DNA from: the human T2T-CHM13v2.0 reference genome, Homo sapiens
NCBI GenBank assembly: GCA_009914755.4
Contig: CP068257.2
Span: 2,528,001 to 2,592,000 of the forward strand
Reading direction: 5' to 3'
DNA length: 64,000 nt
Part shown: positions 1 to 13,455 of the stretch, piece after piece
Layout of the letters: each line of letters starts with the position of its first letter
How positions within the stretch are numbered: the first letter of the stretch is position 1
Made by a program: the position numbers and the translations under genes
The notes under the pieces: generated by a model
What the model saw: the letters and a program-made list of their open reading frames with translations, nothing else
Databases searched by the model: none
Told to the model about the DNA's origin: nothing

Positions 1-3000
1 CTGGAAGCCTATGTGTGGAGAATAATTCAGAACTTCGTAGCAGTGTTCTGGAATCCTATGTGATGTACAAACGTTCAGGCCACAGCAACAGTGTTCTGGA
101 ATCCTATGTGAGGGACAAACATTCAGAACCTCATAGCAGTGTTCTGGAATCCTATGTGAGGGAAAAACATTCATACTCTCATAGCAGTGTTCTGGAATCT
201 TATGTGAGGGACAAACATTCAGACCTTTGTAGTAGAGATCTGGAATCCTATATAAGGGACACACACTCAGAACCCAACAGCAGTGTTTTGGAATCCTAAG
301 TGAGGGACAAACATTCAGACCACAGCAGGAGTGTTCTGGAATCCTATGTGATGGACAACCTTTCAGACCCTCGTATCAGTGTTCTGGAATCCTATATGAT
401 GGACAAATACTTAGACACACGTAGCAGTGTTCTGGGATCGTATGTGAGGGACAAACACTCAGAAGCCAGCATCAGTGTTCTCGAATCCTATCTGAGGGAG
501 AAACATTCAGACCAGTGCAGGAGTGTTTTGGAATCACATATCAGGGCAAATATTTAGACACACATAGTAGTGTTCTGGAATCGTATGTGAGAGACAAACA
601 CTCGCAACCCAACAGCAGTGTTCTGGAATCCTAAGTGAGGGACAAGCATTGAGACCACAGAAGGAGTGTTCTGAAATCCTATGTAATGGACAAAGTTTCA
701 GACCATCGTAGCAGTGGTCTGGAATCCTATGTGTGGGACAAACATTCAGACCCTCGTAGCAGTGTTCTGGAATCCTATGTGAGGGAGAAACACTCAGAAC
801 CCAGCAGCAGTGTTCTGGAATCTTATATGAGGGTCAATCATTCATGTCACAGCTGAGGTATTCTGGAATTCTACCTGTGGGACAAACATTGAGACCTTTG
901 TAACATTGTTCTGGAATGCTAAGTGAGGGACAAACATTCAGAACCCAGCGGGAGTGTTCTGGAATCCTATGTGAGGGACATACATTCAGACCATAGCAGC
1001 AGTGTTCTGGAATCCTATGTGTGGGACAAACATTCAGACCCTCGTAGCAGTGTTCTGGAATCCTATGTGAGGGAGAAACACTCACAACCCAGCAGCAGTG
1101 TTCTGGAATCCTGTATGAGGAAAAAGCATTCAGACTACAGCAGCATTGTTCTGGAATAGTATGTGAGGGACAAACATTTAGACCCACGTAGCAGTGTTCT
1201 GGAATCTTACGTGAGGGACAAACACTCAGAACACACCAGCAGTGTTCTGGTATCCTGAGGGACAAACAGTCAGACGACAGCAGGTCTGTTCTGGAATCAT
1301 ATGTGACGGGGAATAATTAAGAAACTCGTAGCAGTGTCTGAAATCCTATGTGATGGAAAAACTTTCAGACCCTCGTAACACTGTTCTGGAGTCCTATATA
1401 AGGGACAAACATTTAGACCCAAGTAGCAGTGTTCTGGAATCGTACGTGAGGGACAAACACTCAGAACCCAGTAGCAGCGTTATGGAATCCTATGTGAGGG
1501 TCAATCACTCAAACCACACCTGTGGTGTTCTGAAATCCTTCGTGTGACATAAACATTCAGACACTCGTAGCATTCTTTTGGAATCCTCAGAGAGGGACAG
1601 ACATTCAGACCACAGCAGGAGTGTTCTGGAATCATATGTGAGGGACAAACATTCACAGCAGAACAGTAGTGTTCTGGATTCCTATGTCAGGTACAAACAT
1701 TCAGACCCTCATAGCAGTGTTCTGGAGTCCTATGTGGAGGAGAGACATTCAGACTCTCGTAGCAGTGTTCTGGAATCCTATGTGTGGGACAAACACTGTG
1801 AACCCAGCAGCAGTATTCTGGAATCCTATGTGAGGGAAATAACATTCAGAATACAGCAGGAGTGTTCTGGAATCCTATGTGTGGGAGAAATATTTAGACC
1901 CACGTAGCAGTGTTCTGGAATCGTAAGTGAGGGACAAACACTCAGAACCAAACAGGAGTGTTCTGGAATCCTATTTGAGGGACAAATATTCAGACACTCA
2001 TAGCAGTGTTCTGGAATTCTATGTGATGGACAAACTTTCAGACCTTTGTAGCAGCGTTCTGGAATCCTATGTGATGGACAAGCATTTAGACACACGTAGC
2101 AGTGTTCTTGGATCCTATGTGAGGGACAAACACTCAGAAGCCAGCAGCAGTGTTCTGGAATCCTATCTGAGGGAGAAATATTCAAACCAGAGCAGTAGTG
2201 TTATGGAATCCTATATGAGGTACAATCATTCAGATTCTCGAAGCAGTGTTCTGGAATCATATGTGAGGAGAAACACTCAGAACCCAGCAGCAGTGTTCTG
2301 GAATCCTATGTGAGGGAGAGTCATTCAGATCACTGCTGGGGTGTTCTGGAATCCTACGTGTGGGACAAACATTCAGACCCTCGTAGTACTGTTATGGAAT
2401 CCTAAGTGAGGAACAGACATTCAGTCCAAAGCAGTAGCGTTCTGGAATACTAAGTGAGTACAACATTCAGACAACAGCAGCAGTGTTCTGGAATCTTGTT
2501 TGAGGGACAAAGTTTCAGATCCTCTTAGCAGCGTTCTCAAATCCCATATGTGGGGCAAACATTCTGTCCCACGTAGCAGTGTTCTGGAATAGTACGTGAG
2601 GGAAAAACCCTCAATCCCAGCAACAGTTTTCTGGAATCCTATATGAGGGACAAACATTCAGACCACAGCAGGAGTGTTCTGGAATCCTATGGGACGGACA
2701 AACATTTAGACCCACATAGCAGTGTTCTGGAATCTTACACGAGGGACTAAATCTCAGAACCCAACAGCAGTGATCTGGAATCCTAAGTAAGGGACAAACA
2801 TTCAGAACACAGCAGGAGTGTTCTGAAATCCTATGTGACATAGAATAGTTCAGAACCTCGTAGCAGTGTTCTGTAATCCTATGTGATGAACAAAAATTCA
2901 GACCACAGCAGCAGTGTTCTGGAATCCTAAATGAGGGATGAACATTCAGACAACTGCAGAAGTGTTCTGGAATCCTATGTTAGGGACAAACATTCAGACC

Positions 3001-6000
3001 ACAGCATCAGTGTTCTGGAATCCTATGTGAGAGACAAACATTCAGAGCCTCGTAGCAGTGTTCTGGAGTCCTATGTGAGGGACAAACATTTACACCCACC
3101 TAGCAGTGTTCTTGAAATGTACTTGAGGGACAAGCACTCAGAACCCAACAGCAGTGTTCTCAAATCCTAAACGAGGGACAAACATTCAGACCACAGCAGG
3201 AGTGTTCTGGAATCTTTTGTGATGAACAAAAATTCAGACCACAGCAGCAGTGTTCTGGAATAGCATGTGAGGTACAAACATTCAGACCCTTGTAGCTGTG
3301 TTTTGGAATCTTATGTGAAGGAGATACACTCAGAATCCACCAGCAGTGTTCTGGAATCCTATGTGAGGTACAAACATTCAGATCACAGCAGGAGTGTTAT
3401 GGAATCCTATGAGAGTTACAAACATTAAGACTCACGTAGCAGTGTTCTGGAATCGTAAGTGAGGGACAAACACTTAGAACCCAGCAGCAGTGTTCTGGAA
3501 TCCTAAGTGAGGGACAATCATTCAAAGCACAGTAGGAGTGTTCTGGAATCCCATGAGAGGGAGAAACACATAAAATGCAGCAGCAGTATTCTGGAATCTT
3601 ATGTGAGGGACAATCATTCAGACCACAGCTGGGGTGTTCTGGAATCCTACGTGTGGGACAAACATACAGACCCCCGTAGCATTGTTCCAGAATCCTAAGT
3701 GAAGGACAAACATACAGACCACAGCAGGAGTGTTCTGGAATCCTATGTGAGGGACAAACACTCTGACCACAGCAGCAGTGTTCTGGAATCGTGGGTGAGG
3801 GACAAACATTCAGACCACAGCAGGAGTGTTCTGGAATCCTATGTGAGGGATAAACATTCAGACGAAAGCAGCAGTGTTGTGGAACCCTATCTGAGGGACA
3901 AACATTCAGACCCTCGTAGCAGTGTTCTGGAACCTTATGTGATGGACAAACATTCAGACCTTCGTAGCTGTGTTCTGGAATCCTATATGAGCGACAAACA
4001 CTCGAAACCCAGCAGCAGTGTTCTGGAATCCTATGTGAGGCAAAAACATTCAGACCATCGTAACAGTGTTCTGGAATCTTTTGTTCGGGAGAAACATTCA
4101 GAACCTCGTAGCAGTGTACTGGAATCCTATGTGAGGGAAAAACATTCAGAACCCGGCAGCAATGTTCTGGAATCCTATGTGAGGGACAAAGATTTATTCC
4201 TACGTAGCAGTGTTCTTGAATCGTACGTGAGGGGCAAACACTCAGAACCCAACAGCAGTGTTCTGGAATCCTAAGTGGGGGACAAAAATTCAGACCACAG
4301 CAGGAGTGTTGTAGAATCCTATACGATGGAGAATATTTCAGAACCCCGTAGAAGTGTTCTAGAATCCTATATGATGGACAAATTTTCAGACTCTCTTAGC
4401 AGTGTTCTGGAATTCTGTGTTATGGACAATCATTTAGACCCACGTAGCATTGTTCTGGAATCTTACGTGAGGTACAAACACTCAGAAAACAGCAGCAGTG
4501 TTCTGGACACCTATCTGTGGGACAAATATTCAGACAACAGCATGATTTTTCTGGAATCTTATGTGAGGTACAATCATTCAGACCCTCGTAGCAGTGTTCT
4601 CGAATCCTATGTGAGGCAGAAAAATTCAGACCAAAGCAGGAGTGTTCTAGAATCCTATGTGACGGAGAACAATTCAGAACCTCGTAGAGTTGTTCTGGAA
4701 TCCTATGTGATGGATAAACATACAGACCACATCATCAGTGTTCTGGAATCCTAAGTGTGGGACAAACATTCAGACCCTCGTAGCACTGTTCTGGAATCCT
4801 AAGTGAGGGACAAACATTCAGTCCACAGCAGGAGGGTTCTAGAATCCTAAGTGAGGACAACATTCAGACCACAGCAGCAGTGTTCTGGAATCCTATTTAA
4901 GGGACAAACTTTCAGATCCTCTTAGCAGTGTTCTCAAATCCTATATGAGGTACAAACATGCAGACTCACGTAGCCTTGTTCTGGAATCGTACGTGAGGGA
5001 CAAATACTCAATCCCAGCAACAGTTTTCTGGAATCCTATCTGAGGGAAAAACATTCAGACTACAGCAGGAGTGTTGTGGAATTCTATGTGACAGACAAAT
5101 ATTTAGACCCACATAGCAGTGTTCTGGAATCGTACTTGAGGGACAAAAACTCAGAACCCAAGAGCAGAGTTCTGGAATCCTAAGTGAGGGACAAACATTC
5201 AGACCACAACAGGAGTGCTCTAGAATTCTATGTGAGGGACAAACATACAGACCACAGCAGCAATGTTTTGGAATCCAATGTGAGAGACAAACATTCAGAC
5301 CACAGCAACAGTGTTCTGGAATCCTGGGTAAGGGACAAACATTCAGACCACAGCAGGAGTGTTCTGGAGTCCTATGTGAGGAACAAACATTCAGACCCTC
5401 ATATCAGTGTTCCGGAATCTTGTGTGAGGGACAAACACTGAGAACCCAGCAGCAGTGTTCTGGAATCCAATGTGATGGATAAACTTTCAGACATTCGTAG
5501 GAGTGTTCTGGAATCCTTTGTGATGGACAAACACTTAGACCCACGTAACAGTGTCCTGGAATCTTACGTGACGGAAATCCACTCAGAACCCAGCAGTAGT
5601 GTTCTGGAACCCTATCTGATGGAGAAATATTGAGACTGGAAGAGGAGTGTTGTGGAATCCTATGTGAGGTACAAACATTCAGGAACTCATAGCATTGTTC
5701 TGGAATCCTATGTGATTGAGAAACACTCAGAACCCAGTAGCAGTGTTCTGGAATCCTATGTGAGGACAATCATTCATACCACATCTTGGGTGTTCTGGAA
5801 TCTTAAGTGAGGGACAAACATTCAGACCACAGCAGCCGTGTTCTGGAATAAAATGTGAGGGACAAACATTCAGACCACAGCAAGATTGTTCTGGAATCCT
5901 ATGTGAAGGACAAACATTTAGACCCACATATCAGTGTTCTGTAATCGTACGTGAGGGACAAACACTCAGAACCCAGCAGCAGTGTTCTGGAATCCTGTCT

Positions 6001-6136
6001 GAGGGAGAAACATTCAGACCAGATCAGGAATGTTCTGGAATCCTAGGTGAGGGACAATCAGTGAGGGCGGTGGTGGATTCCAGAACAATGCTTCCTGTGT
6101 CTAAATGTTTTGCCCTCACAATCCTAAGTGAGGGAG
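1..6136. repeat. 48-bp tandem satellite array (CER / D22Z3-like), about 128 monomers, continuing past the window start
   Basis: The core 'cagtgttctggaatcctatgtgagggacaaacattcagaccacag' recurs at a strict 48-nt spacing (starts at 41, 89, 137). Because 48 = 16 codons, both strands carry long periodic pseudo-ORFs (SVLESYVRDKHS...). The name is from memory of the 48-bp repeat described on chr22/14 centromeres. Confidence 0.8.
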
Positions 6137-8174
6137 ATTTTGGACTGAGTCGATGGTGTTTTCTATATATACAATCATGTCATCTGCAAACAGGGACAAT
6201 TTGAATTCCTCTTTTCCCAATTGAATGCCCTTTATTTCCTTCTCCTGCCTAATTCCCCTGGCCAGAACTTCCAACACTATGTTGTATGGGAGTGGTGAGA
6301 GAGGACATCCCTGTTTTGTGCCAGTTTTCAAAGGGAATGCTTACAGTTTTTGCCTGTTCAGTATGATATTGGCTGTGGGTTTGTCATAGATAGCTCTTAT
6401 TATTTTGAGATACGTCCCATCAATATCTAATTTATTGAGAGTTTTTAGCATGAAGTGTTGTTGAATTTTGTCAAAGGCCTTTTCTACATCTATTGATATG
6501 ATCATGTGGTTTTTGTCTTTGGTTCTGTTCATATGCTGGATTACGTTTATTGATTTGCATATATTGAGCCAGGCTTGCATCCCAGGGATGAAGCCCACTT
6601 GATCATGGTGGATAAGCTTTTTAATGTGTTGCTGGATTCGGTTTGCCAGTATTTTGTTGAGGATTTTTGCATCAAAGTTCATCAAGAATATTGGTCTAAA
6701 ATTGTCTTTTTTTGTTGTGTCTCTGTCAGACTTTCGTGTCAGGATGGTGTTGGCCTCATAAAATAAGTTAGGGAGGATTCTGTCTTTCTATTGGTTGGAA
6801 TAGCGTCAGAAGGAATGGTACCAGCTCCTCCTTGTACCTCTGGTACAATTCGGCTGTGAATCCATCTGCTTCTGGACTTTTTTTGATTGGTAAGTTATTA
6901 ATTACTTCCTCAACTTCAGAGTCTGTTACTGGTCTATTCAGAGATTCAACTTCTTCCTGGTTTAGTCTTGGGAGGGTGTATGTGTCGAGGAATTTATCCA
7001 TTTCTTCTAGATTTTCTAGTTTATTTACGTAGTGGTGTTTATAGTATTCTCTGATGGTAGTTTGTATGTCTGTGGGATCAGTGGTGATATCCCCTTTATC
7101 AATTTTTATTGCGTCTATTTGATTCTTCTCTCTTTTCTTCTTTGTTAGTCTTGCCAGTGGTCTATCAATTTTGTTGATCTTTTCAAAAAACCAGCTCCTG
7201 GACTCATTAATTTTTTGAGGGGTTTTTTGTGTCTCTATTTCCTTCAGTTCTGCTCTGATCTTAGTTATCTCTTGCCTTCTGCTAGCTTTTGAATGTGTTT
7301 GCTCTTGCTTCTCTATTTCTTTTAATTGTGATGTTAGGGTGTCAATTTTAGATTTTTCCTGCTTTCTCTTGTGTTCATTTAGTGCTATAAATTTCCCTCT
7401 ACACGCTGCTTTGAATGTGTCCCAGAGATTCTGGTATGTTGTGTATCTGTCCTCGTTGGTTTCAAAAAACAGCTTTATTTCTGCCTTCATTTCGTTATGT
7501 ACCTAATAGTCATTTCGGAGCCGGCTGTTAAGTTTCCATGTAGCTGAGCGGTTTTGAGTGAGTTTCTTAATCCTGAGTTCTAGTTTGATTGCACTGTGAT
7601 CTGAGAGACAGTTTGTTATAATTTCTGTTCTTTTACATTTGCTGAGGAGTGCTTTACTTCCAACTATGTGGTCCATTTTGGAATAGTTGTGGTGTGGTGC
7701 TGAAAAACATGTATATTCTGTTGATTTGGGGAGGAGAGTTCTGTAGATGTCTGTTAGGTCTGCTTGGTGCAGAGCTGAGTTCAATTCCTGGATATCCTTG
7801 TTAAATTTCTGTCTCACTGATCTGTCTAATGTTGACAGTGGGGTGTTAAAGTCTCCCGTTATTATTGTGTGGGAGTCTACGTCTCTTTGTAGGTCACTAA
7901 GGACTTGCTCCATGAATCTGGGTGCTCTTGTATTGGGTGCATGTATATTTAGGATAGTTTTCTCTTCTTGTTGAATTGATCCCTTTACCATTATGTAATG
8001 GCCTTCTTTGTCTCTTTTGATCTTTGTTGGTTTAAAGTCTGTTTTATCCAAGACTGGGATTGCAACCCCTGCCTTATTCTGTTTTCCATTTGCTTCGTAG
8101 ATCTTCCTCCATCCCTTTATTTTGAGCCTATGTGTGTCTCTGCACGTGAGATGGGTTTCCTGAATACAGCACAC
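6137..8174 (-). pseudogene. L1 ORF2p remnant (EN 7503-8174, RT 6137-7490), with frameshifts and stops
   Basis: Translations in the ORF track carry EN and RT motifs (FADD at 6180-6200 minus). It is split over at least four frames. Confidence 0.8.
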
Positions 8175-8482
8175 TGATGAGTCTTGACTCTTTATCCAAT
8201 TTGCCAGTCTGTGTCTTTTAATTGGAGCATTTAGGCCATTTACATTTAAGGTTCATATTGTTATGTGTGAATTTGATCCTGTTATTACTATGTCAGCTGG
8301 TTATTTTGCTCGTTAGTTGATGCAGTTTCTTCCTAGCCTTAATGGTCTTTGCAATTTGGCATGTTTTTGCAGTGGCTGGTACCAATTTTTCCTTTCCACG
8401 TTTAGTACTTCCTTCAGGAGCTCTTTTAGGGCAGGCCTGGTGGTGACAAAATCTCTCAACATTTGCTTGTCTGTAAAGTATT

Positions 8483-9277
8483 TTATTTCTCCTTCACTGA
8501 TGAAGCTTGTTTGACTGGATATGAAATTCTGGGTTGAAATTTTTTTTCTTTAAGAATGTTGAATATTGGCCCCCACTCTCTTCTGGCTTGTAGAGTTTCT
8601 GCTGAGATGTCTGCTGTTAGTGTGATTGGTTTCCCTTTGTGGTTAACCCGACCTTTCCCTCTGGCTGCCCTTAACATTTTTTCCTTCATTTCAACTTTGG
8701 TGAATCTGACAATTATGTGTCTTGGAGTTGCTCTTCTCGAGGATTATTTTTGTGGCATTCTCTGCATTTCCTGAATTTGAGTGTTGGCCTGCATTGCTAG
8801 ATTGGGAAAGTTCTCCTGGATAATATACTGCAGAGTGATTTCCAACTTGGTTCCATTCTCCCCGTCACTTTCAGGTACACCAATCAGACCTACATTTGGT
8901 CTTTTCACATAGTACCATATTTCTTGGAGGATTTGTTCATTTCTTTTTTTTCATTTTTCTCTAAACATTTCTTCTCACTTCACTTCATTCATTTCATCTT
9001 CCATTGCTGATACCCTTTCTTCCAGGTGATCTCATTGGCTACTGAGGCTTGTGCATTTGTCACGTATTTCTCGTGCCACGGTTTTCAGCTCCATCAGGTC
9101 CTTTAAGGACTTCTCTGCTTTGGTTATTCTAGTGAGCCATTCGTCTAATTTTTTTTCAAGGTTTTTAACTTCTTTGCCATTCATTCGAACTTCCGCCTTT
9201 AGCTTGGAGTACTTTGATCTTCTGAAGCCTTCTTGTCTCAACTTGTCAAAGTCATTCTCCATCCAGCTTTGTTCCAT
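8483..9277 (-). pseudogene. L1 ORF1p remnant in two pieces
   Basis: 9032..9277(-) is the ORF1 N-terminus and coiled coil. 8483..8689(-) is the ORF1 C-terminus (KGKPITLTADISAETLQARREWGPIFNILKEKKFQPRISYP). Confidence 0.75.
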
Positions 9278-10482
9278 TGCTGGTGAGGAGCTGTGTTCCT
9301 TTGGAGGAGGAGAGGCGCTCTGATTTTTAGAGTTTCCAGTTTCTCTGCTCTATTTTTTCCCCATCTTTGTGGTTTTATCTACCTTTGGTCTTTGATGATG
9401 GTGATGTACAGATCGGTTTTTGGTGTGGATGTCCTTTCTGTTTGTTAGTTTTCCTTCTAACATTCAGGACCCTCAGCTGCAGGTCTGTTGGAGTTTGCTG
9501 GAGGTCCACTCCAGACCCTATTTGCCTGGGTATCAGCAGCAGTGGCTTCAGAACAGCAGATATTAGTGAACCGCAAATGCTGCTGCCTGATCATTCCTCT
9601 GGAAGTTTTGTCTCAGAGGAGTACCCTGCCATGTGAGGTGTCAGTCCGCCCTTACTGGGGGGTGCCTCCCACTTAGGCTACTCGGGGTTCAGGGACCCAC
9701 TTGAGGAGACAGTCTGCCCATTCTCAGATCTCAAGCTGCATGCTGGGAGAACCACTACTCTCTTCAAAGCTGTCAGACAGGGACATTTAAGTCTGCAGAG
9801 GTTACTGCTGCCTTTTGTTTGTCTGTGCCCTGCCCCCAGAGGTGGAGCCTACAGAAGCAGGCAGGCCTCCTTGAGCTGTGGTGGGCTCCAACCAATTCGA
9901 GCTTCCCAGCTGCTGTTTTACATACTGAATCCTCGGCAATGGCGGGCATCCCTCCCACAGCCTTGCTGCTGCCTTGCAGTTTGATCTCTGACTGCTGCAC
10001 TAGCAATGAGTGAGTCTCCATGGGCATCGGACCTTCCGAGCCAAGTGCAGGATGTAATCTCCTGGTATGCCGTTTGTTAAGCCCATTGGAAAAGCGCAGT
10101 ATTAGAGTGGGAGTGACCTGATTTTCCAGGCGCTGTCTGTCACCCTTTTCTTTGACTAGGAAAGGGAATTCCCTGACCCCTTGCACTTCCTGGGTGAGGC
10201 AATGCCTCACCCTACTTTGGTTCATGCACAGTGCTCTGCACCCACTGTCCTGCACCCACTGTCCAGCACTCCCCAGTGAGATGAACCCAGTACCTCAGTT
10301 GGAAATGCAGAAATCACCCATCTTCTGCATCGCTCACTCTGGGAGCTGTAGACTGGAGCTGTACCTATACAGCCATCTTGACTAATTCCCTCATAACTGT
10401 CAAATATTGTATTAGGAAAAAAAATTAAGAGTATGTCTTCCATGCTCAGGTACCCTGTTTGAAATTAGTTAAGACCTATCTG

Positions 10483-10771
10483 CCCGGTGTGGTGGCTAAC
10501 ACCTGTAATTTCACACTTTGAAAGGTGGAGGATGGGGGATCACTTGAGCTCAGGAGTTAAAGACAAGCCTGCTCAACGTAACAAAACCTCATCTCTGCCA
10601 AAAATACAAATATTATCCAGTTGTGGTAGTGTGCAACTGTGGTCCCAGCTACTTGGGAGGCTGAGGTGGGAGAATCGCTGGAGCACAGAATATCAAAGCT
10701 GTAGTAAGCCACAGCACCCCAGCCAGAATGACAGGGAAACGGACCCTGTCTAAGAAATAAAAATAAATAAA
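10483..10771 (+). mobile_element. Alu SINE
   Basis: Starts 'gcccggtgtggtggctaacacctgtaat...', has the dimeric structure with an A-rich linker, and ends in the 3' A-rich tail 'aaataaaaataaataaa'. Confidence 0.85.
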
Positions 10772-10999
10772 GCGACCCATTCTTTCAGACACCCTTCTTC
10801 TTCTACATAAAACACGGGGCTTTTGACTGAAATGTTTTAAGATGAACCGAAGATTCTCCCATGATCAAGAGCAGTAGATAGGGGTTGCTCACTTCCTGCT
10901 CTTTGAGTTGAAGCAAGGCAGAGGCCTGGAGACTCAAACTGATAAATATATTCATTGCCTTCTTTTCATATGTTGTATTAAGCTATTATTGCGTTGCTA

Positions 11000-11420
11000 T
11001 TTCAAAAATCTGAGTCTGGGTAATGTGTAAGAAAAGGGTTTGATTGGCTCATGGTTATGCAGGCTGTACAGGAAGCATAGCACCAGCGTCGGCCTCTGGG
11101 AAGGCCTCGGGAAGCTTACAATTATGATGAAAGAAGAGCAGGCATCTCACATGATAGAAGCAGGAGCAAGAAAAATGAGGGAGGGATGGGCCATACTTCT
11201 AAACAACCAGATCTCATGAGTACTCACTATCACAAGGATGGCACAGAGCCATGAGGGCCACACCCCATGATTCAACCACCTCTTCCTCAGACCCCACCTG
11301 CCACATTGGGGATTAAAATTCAATATGAGAGTTAGAGGGGCATCTAAACTACATCACATGACCATCAGAAAAACAGATGAAGAATTCATGGTTTCTACTG
11401 TCCAGAAACTTTCCATCTAG
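11000..11420 (-). mobile_element. MaLR LTR (THE1/MST-like), antisense
   Basis: The reverse complement matches the THE1/MST LTR consensus as I remember it (…ccagatctcatgagtactcactatcacaaggatggcacagagccatgaggg… / …ggggattaaaattcaatatgagagttagagggg…). Confidence 0.5.
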
Positions 11421-11631
11421 TACAAACGGCTTAATGGCTGAATTCAGCATCCTGTGGTGGGACGGGAGAAGGGAGCTGCACAGGGGACTTTGGCTGCATT
11501 TGCTCCACTTCCCTTATGCTGTTCCTCTGAGTTCTGATGTCACCACCTGAAGGGCTATTCATGGACAGAAGAATTATTGTTATTGTTGTGGTTATTTCTG
11601 TTTCTTTTATTTTGGTAAAAATAAGTTTTGT

Positions 11632-11926
11632 TTTTTTTTTTTTTTTGAGACAGAGTCTCACTCTGTCGCCCAGGCTGGAGTGCAGTGGCACAATATCAAC
11701 TCACCACAAGCTCCGCCTCCCAGGCTGATGCCATTCTCCTGCCTCAGCCTCCCAAGTAGCTGAGACGACAGGCACCGACAACCACACCCAGCTAATTTTT
11801 TGTATTTTTAGTAGAGACGGGGTTTCACCATGTTAGCCAGGATAGTCTTGATTTCCTGACCTCGTGATTCGCCTGCCTTGGCCTCCCAACATACTCGGAT
11901 TACAGGCATGAGCCACTGCGTCTGGC
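11632..11926 (-). mobile_element. Alu SINE (antisense)
   Basis: Poly-T leader, then 'gagacagagtctcactctgtcgcccaggctggagtgcagtgg … cctcccaagtagctg…', ending 'gagccactgcgtctggc'. Confidence 0.85.
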
Positions 11927-12224
11927 ATGAGTTTTTAGCTTCTCATATAATTATCCTAAAAAATCCTAAGAGTTTTACTTAAGTTTCTTTTTATCATGTG
12001 TTATAAAAATTGACAGGGAAGTGGCTAAACCAGATTAAAATTACACAAGCTCTAAGAGTCAAGTCTCTGTTAGGCAGGCTTAGGAAAGACAGAACTGGAA
12101 ATACTCCACCAGCATGGACATCTGAAACATGGGGTCCACTTTCTGTTCCAGCCCTGCCCAGATCCACCCTCTTCTATGGCTTCACCCAGGTCTGGCCTCA
12201 CCCTAGAATCTTTTCTCACAGAAC

Positions 12225-12324
12225 TGATTCAAGGAGATCAGAGATTTGGGCGGGGGCTCCTGCTGCCTCAGAACTGATTAAAGGAGACCAGAGATTCGGG
12301 CGGGGGCTCCTGCTGCCTCCTGAG
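12225..12324. repeat. 50-bp direct tandem duplication (x2)
   Basis: 'cagaactgattcaaggagatcagagatttgggcgggggctcctgctgcct' is followed by a near-identical copy. Confidence 0.6.
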
Positions 12325-13088
12325 TTGGTGCCCACAATTTCCTAAAGTGGAAAAGCAGATAAATGGAAGAAAATCATTGCATATTTGGGGACCATAATTT
12401 CTTTTCTATTGAAGCCAGTGCTTCTAGAGGCATCCTATCTAGCAACTTGTTTTCCATTCTTGCAAATCCAGTGGCTGCTACACAAGGCACAGAAAGTAAA
12501 TATAAATATAAAACATCTCTCTGAACAGTTCACCCTTTTTTCTCTATCCCTTGCATCTGTCGACATAGCTTTTATTCTGCACATTTTGTTTTTCAGGTAA
12601 ATACTTTTTAAAATGGAAGAAAAAATAGAAATGCTAGGCCTGTCATTTAAATCCTGAAAATTACAGAAAACTTAGCACCCAGCTGCCAGTGTGCTATGAG
12701 GACTAACTCACATCATGTAATATTTCCTGAACAGTGCTCTGTAACAGACTTCTGAACACATAGTACGTGCTCAATAAAGATTGTATTAACTCATGTGTAC
12801 ATGTTTTCCAAATGCAGACTTACTCAAACATTGGTGCCTTCTCTAGGCTTTCTAAACTGTAAAGAGCCAGCAGAAAATGACATGTTTGAAAAAGGTGATT
12901 GGTGGTTTCCACTTTGGGCCAAAAGTACTTGTGTTGTGGTAAGAGTGTTGGGTGTCATGAGCTCTGTGCTGTGCCTACTTTCGCTAGCTGAGTGCTACTA
13001 TATTGGATGTAGTGGAAGAAACATCAGCATTAAGAGGAGACTTTTTAAAGAAGCCAATTCACGGACCCCTTCCAAACCTTCAGAATCA

Positions 13089-13455
<367 letters not shown>

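Larger units (their letters stand above)
6137..10378 (-). mobile_element. LINE-1 (older L1PA subfamily), 5' part only: 5'UTR, ORF1, ORF2 EN and RT up to the FADD motif. It is 3'-truncated at the satellite junction.
   Basis: Minus-strand ORFs match L1 ORF1p (MEQSWMENDFDKLRQEGFRRS...), ORF2 EN (MCCIQETHLTCRDTHRLKIKGWRKIY...) and RT ([13 protein letters not shown]..., [11 protein letters not shown]). The reverse complement of 9700-10378 is a long-type L1PA 5'UTR ending 'gtcaagatggctg' at about 10370-10378. Confidence 0.85.

Noticed and set aside
15-5927. Dozens of ORFs of 60-191 aa on both strands with periodic peptides (SVLESYVRDKHSDHSS… / HRIPEHCCWVLNVCPS…).
   Set aside because: They are a direct consequence of a 48-bp (16-codon) tandem repeat keeping frames open. 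They have no start or stop logic, the repeats are uniform at the nucleotide level, and the same sequence is open on both strands.
1-6136. Regularly spaced 48-bp repeats could superficially suggest a CRISPR array.
   Set aside because: The repeats are contiguous with no unique spacers between them. This is eukaryotic satellite DNA embedded among LINEs and SINEs, with no cas-like ORFs.
6575-7974. Plus-strand ORFs (6575..6766, 6832..7032, 7747..7974) inside the antisense L1. There are similar antisense ORFs at 37262..37489 and 38477..38668 in the full-length L1.
   Set aside because: These are opposite-strand frames of L1 ORF2 sequence, with no independent support.
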